From assembly GCA_029260855.1 (NCBI GenBank), contig JAJDCK010000014.1, positions 6,018-70,017 of the forward strand: a stretch of 64,000 bases of DNA, read 5' to 3'. The stretch comes from Candidatus Saccharimonadota bacterium. Its GTDB lineage: Bacteria > Patescibacteriota > Saccharimonadia > Saccharimonadales > OFTM59. Below the pieces are notes generated by a model. That model had not been told where the DNA came from and did no database searches. It saw only the letters and a list, made by a program, of their open reading frames with translations. Each line of letters opens with the position of its first letter. Position 1 is the first letter of the stretch. This document shows positions 58,497 through 64,000 of this stretch, piece after piece. The position numbers and the translations under genes are program-made.

Positions 58497-59864
58497 CTAA
58501 GAGTCAAATGCTGATTGGTGCTTGGTGTCTAGGCTGCGGAAACGTTGTTTGTCGCGCTCAAAGTAAAGCTCTACGGCTCCGGTAGGGCCGTTCCTATGCT
58601 TTTTAATCAGAATGTCAGTAATATTCTTTCGATCTGTTTCAGGGTTGTAGTACTCTTCTCTATAGATAAACGCTACCACGTCAGCGTCCTGTTCTATTGA
58701 TCCGGACTCTCTAAGGTCGGCTAGTTGTGGAATTTGAGGGCTGCGGCTTTCAACCGAACGGCTCAACTGGCTAAGTGCCAAGAGGGGTACGTTGAGTTCT
58801 CGGGCTATACCCTTGAGTCCCCTGGATATTTCGGAAATTTCTTGTACACGGTTGCCTTCACCGCCAAATTTGGTACCACCACTCATTAACTGCAAATAAT
58901 CTACTATAACTAATCCAAGTTCTCGCTGATGAGCTTCGCGTCTGGCTTTGGTCCGCAAATCGCTAACAGTAATCGATGGACTATCGTCAATAAATATTTG
59001 AGCTTCCGATAGCGTGCCCATGGCGTGGCCGATTTTCTCAAAATCAGTATCAGTAAGGTTTCCGGTTCTTAGAGCCCAAGCGTCTACTCCTGATTCCATT
59101 GCGAGCATACGGTCTACAAGTTGCTCTTTGCTCATTTCTAGGCTGAAGATTAATACTGGCATATTGGCTTTGACAGCAACGTTATGGGCAAGGTTTAGGG
59201 CCAAGGCGGTCTTTCCCATAGAAGGACGAGCAGCGAGAACGAACAGGTCGGCGCGTTGTAGGCCAGCCAGCATGTTGTCCATGTCCTTGAAGCCAGTCGG
59301 AACACCCCTAATCTTGCCTTTATCTTTATGCAGCTCATCCAGTCTGTCAAAACTTTCGCTTAGAATGGTTTCTAAGCTGGTCACGTCCTGCTTCAGGTGT
59401 CGTTGGCTTACTTCAAATAGCTTTGCCTCAGCCTCCTCGACTAGCTCTTGCATGCTTTTGCTCTCATTGTGGCCGAGACCAACCATGTCCTGTGAGGCCC
59501 GTATTAATCTTCGTCGCATAGCTTTTTCTGCGACTATGGCTGCGTATTGTTCGCTGTGAGCTGCAGTTGGAACGAAATTAGTTAATTCAGTCAGGTAAGA
59601 TGCCCCGCCTACCATCTCTAGAAATCCGGCCCCCTTCAATTGATCAGCTAGCGTTAAAACATCGATCGGGCTGTGTTTGTCGTATAAAGCACGCATGGCT
59701 TCATATATGCGTGCATGGCGTTCGTCATAAAAATCTTGAGTGTGTATAGTGTCTGCTACCTTAACAATCGCATCAACATCAAGTAATACCGAACCAAGTA
59801 AACTGGCCTCTGCCTCTAGGTTTTGAGGGGGTACATTGATGGTAGAAGGGTTTTTATCGCTCAT
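58497..59864 (-). CDS. dnaB: Replicative DNA helicase
   Basis: PPQNLEAE, ARPSMGKT, VDYLQL, SQLSR, DLRESGSIEQDAD, KHRNGP. Confidence 0.99.
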   Translation of the reverse strand: MSDKNPSTINVPPQNLEAEASLLGSVLLDVDAIVKVADTIHTQDFYDERHARIYEAMRALYDKHSPIDVLTLADQLKGAGFLEMVGGASYLTELTNFVPTAAHSEQYAAIVAEKAMRRRLIRASQDMVGLGHNESKSMQELVEEAEAKLFEVSQRHLKQDVTSLETILSESFDRLDELHKDKGKIRGVPTGFKDMDNMLAGLQRADLFVLAARPSMGKTALALNLAHNVAVKANMPVLIFSLEMSKEQLVDRMLAMESGVDAWALRTGNLTDTDFEKIGHAMGTLSEAQIFIDDSPSITVSDLRTKARREAHQRELGLVIVDYLQLMSGGTKFGGEGNRVQEISEISRGLKGIARELNVPLLALSQLSRSVESRSPQIPQLADLRESGSIEQDADVVAFIYREEYYNPETDRKNITDILIKKHRNGPTGAVELYFERDKQRFRSLDTKHQSAFDS

Positions 59865-59871
59865 CTAATAA

Positions 59872-61317
59872 TTACTCTAGCACTTCGCCGCCACCGAAGA
59901 TATTGCTAATGCTATCAAATGTATCATCATTAGTTTTCTCAGATGCCACTTGTGGCCTGGGGTTATAGAAGTTTGTCGGTTTATACTTTGGGTCTAGTTC
60001 GCATTTGACAACAACCGCAGTACCAGCCAGTTCACCAACAATATCTGAGACTATCTGCTTGTTTCGTACTTCGTCAAGCCGTTTTTGATGAAAAGGAAAA
60101 CTAACAACCAAAGTCAGCTCGTTGTCAGAAAACCTAGGGCCAGCAATGCGCGCAATGCCGTATAAAGTATTATATTTGAGTTTCAATTTCTGTAGCGCTT
60201 TATGCCAGAGATCCTCGTCCAAAATTATACTAGACTTTGCTTGCGATTTGACGGGGTGAATAGTCACAGTATCCTTGGGGTTGGACTTGTTTGGCTTTGC
60301 GTCAATTTTGGCTTCAGTAGAATTATGTTGGGCGGGAAGTTGTGTAGCTTGTGTGTTAGTTGGAGCTGCCACACTTAGCAATATTATCTCTAATAAACTG
60401 TCCGGATCGTGGGATGTCGGTACTTCTAGGAGCTGTTTAAGTAGTTCTGTATCTACAGAATGCTCGATAATATATCTGTCTTCAATAATACATGTTCGCA
60501 GATACTGGGATAGCTGCTTCGCCACCTGAGTAGCCAGCAGGCCCTGAGCCTTTAGCTGACCCAGCTTTTGTACTAACCGCTTTTTGTCCCCTGTTCCAAG
60601 TGTTGCAGTAATATCCTTTGTGACAGATAAGGGCGGGATCCCCAAAAGTCTTTGTATATCCTCGCTTGTCACGTGCGAACCAACCCCTCGAACTTGGTCT
60701 AGCAAGCCGATGCTATCACGGAAGGAGCCTCCTCCATGAGAAGCAATCATTTGTAAGGCTTCATCATCTATGCTGATCTTTTCTGATTTAGCTATGGACT
60801 TAAGGTGAGTAACCACTTTCTCTGTCTCTACCGGCTTGAAAATAAAGCGTTGAGTACGACTTATTATTGTCTCCGGCAGTTTATGTGCCTCGGTTGTGGC
60901 GAGTATGAATATTGCATGAGCTGGCGGTTCTTCAAGTGTTTTGAGCAGTGCGTTAAAAGCTTCTTTCGTCAGCATGTGCACCTCGTCAATGATATAAACC
61001 TTATACTTAGCGCTGGACGGGGCTACATGCACGCGTTCGCGAAGTTCGCGAATCTCGTCAATTCGGCGGTTACTAGCGGCATCAATTTCTATAACATCTA
61101 AGTGCGTAGCTTCGTCGTCATAGCTTAGTCCGTTTACGGCGTGTGCAAGTATACGAGCCACGGATGTTTTGCCTGTGCCGCGCGGGCCAGTAAAAAGATA
61201 GGCGTGACCAATATTGCCACTCTTGAGGGTGTTCTTTAGTGTCGTTGTGATATGGTCTTGTCCGACCACTTCTTCAACGGATCTCGGCCGGTACTTTCGA
61301 TATAATGCCTGTCCCAT
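59872..61317 (-). CDS. dnaX: DNA polymerase III subunit gamma/tau
   Basis: LYRKYRP, GPRGTGKT, EIDAAS, IIDEVHML, LKTLEEPP. Confidence 0.98.
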   Translation of the reverse strand: MGQALYRKYRPRSVEEVVGQDHITTTLKNTLKSGNIGHAYLFTGPRGTGKTSVARILAHAVNGLSYDDEATHLDVIEIDAASNRRIDEIRELRERVHVAPSSAKYKVYIIDEVHMLTKEAFNALLKTLEEPPAHAIFILATTEAHKLPETIISRTQRFIFKPVETEKVVTHLKSIAKSEKISIDDEALQMIASHGGGSFRDSIGLLDQVRGVGSHVTSEDIQRLLGIPPLSVTKDITATLGTGDKKRLVQKLGQLKAQGLLATQVAKQLSQYLRTCIIEDRYIIEHSVDTELLKQLLEVPTSHDPDSLLEIILLSVAAPTNTQATQLPAQHNSTEAKIDAKPNKSNPKDTVTIHPVKSQAKSSIILDEDLWHKALQKLKLKYNTLYGIARIAGPRFSDNELTLVVSFPFHQKRLDEVRNKQIVSDIVGELAGTAVVVKCELDPKYKPTNFYNPRPQVASEKTNDDTFDSISNIFGGGEVLE

Positions 61318-61443
61318 ATAATATTCTTATTATACTGTAGTAGCGGCGCAACAGATGTTGTTGATTTTTAACGGCAGAACCTTGTCGGTGGAATGATGTC
61401 TCGTAGCAACGTTCAAACACTCACCTACTGCCTGATTTGTCGT

Positions 61444-61953
61444 CTATAAGGCAGCTTCAAGAGCAGCCCACTCGGCGGCGGAGTCATCTTCTGGAACGTT
61501 AACGCTTACTTGATCTCCCGGCTTAGCTTTGAAATACGTCACACTAGCCAACAATACCCTAAGCTTCTTTTTGTTGACCTCTACGTAATAATGGCCGTTT
61601 TCTTGAGTTAATACTCCTACAAGCTGCTTTCTGGGGATCGGCCCGATCTGCTTATACATGAAAGCGCCATCATCGGCTATAGTTAACTTCAATATGTCGC
61701 CTTGGACAAGTTTTGACTTACTGGCGTAGTTAGCTGGTACGGGGTAGGTCTTGCCGTCGGAGCCGACCATTGTTTGCCCGTCAAACACGCCCTCAACAAC
61801 TTTACCTAGCGGCTCGTCCGCCAATGCGCCGCTAATAATAGGGTCTTCTCCTACTAGACTAATCAGCAGCTCTTTCGCCGCCGCCAGTCCTGTTTCAGCT
61901 TCTTGTATTAGTGTCTTTAGACGTTTTATCTGTTTATCTGGTACTTCTGCCAT
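61444..61953 (-). CDS. Hypothetical protein of a type I recall as conserved in CPR (N-terminal helix plus beta-barrels)
   Basis: VEGVFDGQTM, YPVPANYASKSKLVQGDILKL, YKQIGP, VLLASVTYFK. Confidence 0.75.
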   Translation of the reverse strand: MAEVPDKQIKRLKTLIQEAETGLAAAKELLISLVGEDPIISGALADEPLGKVVEGVFDGQTMVGSDGKTYPVPANYASKSKLVQGDILKLTIADDGAFMYKQIGPIPRKQLVGVLTQENGHYYVEVNKKKLRVLLASVTYFKAKPGDQVSVNVPEDDSAAEWAALEAAL

Positions 61954-62044
61954 CTCCGTAGCCTCTCCGTAAGTGTTTGTTTGCTACACTTCTTCCCTAA
62001 AACTATCATGTTTACTATGTCAAGTCAAAATCACAATCTTCATT

Positions 62045-62053
62045 TGTGGATAA
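62045..62053. promoter_or_regulatory. Perfect DnaA box
   Basis: TGTGGATAA (reverse complement TTATCCACA), just upstream of a TTGACT-17-TAGTTT promoter for the 61953 gene. Confidence 0.55.
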
Positions 62054-62104
62054 GTGTCGTATAGGGCACGGAACTTGAGTATTGTGTAAGTTCCGGAGAA
62101 GAAG

Positions 62105-62137
62105 GCTAAAACTACCCGGCGTTCAGGTAGTTTTAGC
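62105..62137 (-). terminator. Hairpin after rplL
   Basis: GCTAAAACTACC...GGTAGTTTTAGC, a 12-bp inverted repeat. Confidence 0.65.
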
Positions 62138-62156
62138 AAACTGTATTTAGTTAATT

Positions 62157-62537
62157 TTAAGCTAGCTCAACTGTTGCGCCAGCTTCTTCCAGTGTCTTTT
62201 TGGCCGTTTCAGCGTCCTCTTTCTTAGCTTTTTCAAGCACGGTTTTAGGCGCGCCGTCTACAATAGCTTTAGCTTCACCAAGGCCAAGACCGGTAATATC
62301 CTTGACTGCCTTGATGACCGCTACTTTTTGGGCGCCCGCGTCTTTCAAGACGACATCATATTCGCTCTTAGCTTCTTCTGCGGGGGCCGCATCACCACCA
62401 CCGGCAGGACCGGCTACGGCTACAGCAGCTGCAGCTGGCTCGATGCCATACTCGTCTTTTAGTATTGTCTTTAGTTCGTTTACTTCGAGAACAGTCAAGC
62501 TTGTAAGCTGTTCTGCTATCTTCTTTAAGTCGGCCAT
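62157..62537 (-). CDS. rplL: 50S ribosomal protein L7/L12
   Basis: LTVLEVNEL, Ala hinge, [26 protein letters not shown]. Confidence 0.99.
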   Translation of the reverse strand: MADLKKIAEQLTSLTVLEVNELKTILKDEYGIEPAAAAVAVAGPAGGGDAAPAEEAKSEYDVVLKDAGAQKVAVIKAVKDITGLGLGEAKAIVDGAPKTVLEKAKKEDAETAKKTLEEAGATVELA

Positions 62538-62558
62538 ATAATTAATTCCCTTTCTTAT

Positions 62559-63083
62559 TTAACTAGTTGCTTTTGCTTCAATGCCATCAAGAAGCGCATG
62601 TAAATTACCTGATAAACCGCTGACAACGTCATTTATAGGTGATGTCAGAGTAGCCATAACTTGGGCAATAAGCTGGTCTTTGTTCGGTAGATTAGCGAGC
62701 GCCTTAACTTCATCGGCAGCAATAAACTTGCCATCTGCTGCTAATGCTCCAACAAACTCGATCGTTGGCTGTGTCTTGGCAAATGCCGCGAGCGTCTGCG
62801 CCGGAGCTACTTCATCCTCGGCGTTAAAAGCATACAGTAACATCCCTGTTAGGGCGCTTGCATCGGTCTCTTTCAGCGCATCGGTGCGCTTCATCGCCTG
62901 GATGACTAGACGATTCTTGACCACCTTAATAGTGGTACCATTGTTTCGTCCGCTGCTACGTAACGACTGCAAGGCCTTCACGGGCGTGCCCTGATAGGCG
63001 GCTACTACGGTCATCTTGGAGGTGTTCAGCAAATCGCTGACTTCCTGTACTACCTGATTTTTCTTATCTTTGGTTAATGCCAT
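62559..63083 (-). CDS. rplJ: 50S ribosomal protein L10
   Basis: KVVKNRL, LANLPNKDQLIAQ. Upstream of rplL. Confidence 0.98.
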   Translation of the reverse strand: MALTKDKKNQVVQEVSDLLNTSKMTVVAAYQGTPVKALQSLRSSGRNNGTTIKVVKNRLVIQAMKRTDALKETDASALTGMLLYAFNAEDEVAPAQTLAAFAKTQPTIEFVGALAADGKFIAADEVKALANLPNKDQLIAQVMATLTSPINDVVSGLSGNLHALLDGIEAKATS

Positions 63084-63144
63084 TGGTATCCCTTTGTAAG
63101 TTCATTTGTGGCAACTATCGACCTGTAGTTGACTCGTTAGTACC

Positions 63145-63175
63145 AAAAAAGCTTCTTGTTACCAAGAAGCTTTTT
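63145..63175 (-). terminator. Attenuator-type terminator in the rplJ leader
   Basis: AAAAAGCTTCTTG-GTAA-CAAGAAGCTTTTTT. Confidence 0.7.
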
Positions 63176-63212
63176 AAAGAGTGCTTAAAAACAAAATAAT
63201 AAGTTTTTTCGC

Positions 63213-63256
63213 ACCTAGGCGACTTTATCAAGGTTTCCCCGTCGCTGTCTTTGGTA
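63213..63256 (-). promoter_or_regulatory. L10 leader (rplJ autoregulatory RNA)
   Basis: ACCAAAGACAGCGACGGGGAAACCTTGATAAAGTCGCCTAGGT matches the AAGAC-stem-AA-stem-AGG layout of L10 leaders, in the expected position. Confidence 0.75.
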
Positions 63257-63302
63257 ACTTTTAAAGTCTAACAGATTAAACATGCTCAGTCAACTGGTTG
63301 GA

Positions 63303-63530
63303 TCAAACGACGCCACAAGTCCAAAATTCATTAGGAACGTGTCGTTTGGCAGGATCCGCGACGAATGGCTCGGTGCCATCATAGGGGATAACTACTACGG
63401 TGGCTAAGAACAAACGTTGTACAGCTTCCTGTGGCACTTCCTTGCCACCTGGTGTACGTGTGACACGCGGGCTACGCTCTTCAGTATTAAAAGGCACCTC
63501 ACCTTGACTTGAGTCCGGGTTAACACTCAT
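63303..63530 (-). CDS. Small hypothetical protein
   Basis: AAGGAG SD and structured leader. Confidence 0.55.
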   Translation of the reverse strand: MSVNPDSSQGEVPFNTEERSPRVTRTPGGKEVPQEAVQRLFLATVVVIPYDGTEPFVADPAKRHVPNEFWTCGVV

Positions 63531-63547
63531 TTCATTCTCCTTAAATT

Positions 63548-63644
63548 AAATTAATCAGGCTTTTGTTGAAGCCTGATTAATTTGGGGCTGTGCTGATCCT
63601 GCTCAATAAGCAGGATAGGCTTCAACCGTGTTGAAGCACAGCCC
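63548..63644 (-). other. Multi-stem structured leader or small RNA
   Basis: 15-bp perfect hairpin (63548-63583) plus a three-way junction (63585-63644). Confidence 0.5.
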
Positions 63645-64000
63645 TGTTAGGCCTAGGAGTCGCTGCAGGTTGTGCTTATGATTGAAATGCATATTACGAC
63701 CAGGTTACCATTGGTCCGCTGGCTTGACAAGGCCTCTACCAAGGCGTAGGTTAGTAATCGTGATTAGCAAAATCCAATCTAGAATCAGTAAATATTTCTT
63801 TCCGCCCATGATGATCAAGGTATTTATTAAGATTAAATAGGTTGGTGCGCCGTTTTTCATACAAAGTAAACAATAAATGGTAAACCGGAATCCAACCAAG
63901 AGAGATCCGGTTTTTTTACGGAGCGATTATGAGTCTAGCATTAGAAGCGAAGCATGGCCCGCCTGAAAGTGAAACTCGCCTCGCAGCACGCCAGTTAGGT

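Noticed and set aside
61318..61443. SRP RNA upstream of dnaX
   Set aside because: The position is suggestive, but the conserved helix-8 motif with its GNRA loop is not present.
59014..62994. Long antisense ORFs over dnaB, dnaX, rplL and rplJ (and similar ORFs over the atp genes)
   Set aside because: They are shadow frames of conserved genes, with no motifs or initiation signals.
63705..64000. ORF 63705-63899 and the window-end fragment
   Set aside because: No recognisable product and the frame is ambiguous at the window edge.

Overview
A ~45% GC, gene-dense bacterial chromosome segment using the standard code (table 11). Gene content and sequence style point to a Candidate Phyla Radiation/Patescibacteria genome, most likely Saccharibacteria (inference, not tested by search). 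The core scaffold comprises smpB, a complete but twice-interrupted F1Fo ATP synthase operon, a UvrD helicase-nuclease, cysS, nrnA, recR, ybaB, dnaB, dnaX, rplJ-rplL with an L10 leader, tRNA-Asn and tRNA-Gln. Accessory content includes: a sortase with a 61-aa LPNTA mini-substrate; a DUF1801/VOC stress cluster; a heliorhodopsin; an OmpR-type two-component pair; a RAYT-like HUH transposase bounded by 14-bp inverted repeats, with a repeat cluster abutting a truncated IS1595; a zeta/CDCA-type carbonic anhydrase plus a non-canonical aquaporin after atpC; and a modular signalling locus (stand-alone multi-TM protein, small helical protein, stand-alone MASE1, PAS histidine kinase, receiver, Crp) bracketed by two paralogous 49-aa peptides, one missing from the ORF track. 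Sequence-level observations not explained by the ORF track: a displaced duplicate of the smpB 3' end, a structured RNA upstream of tRNA-Asn, two TGTGA-N6-TCACT Crp-type boxes, a DnaA box, and apparently pervasive leaderless transcription. No CRISPR array or rRNA was seen. All family calls come from motif recognition by eye.
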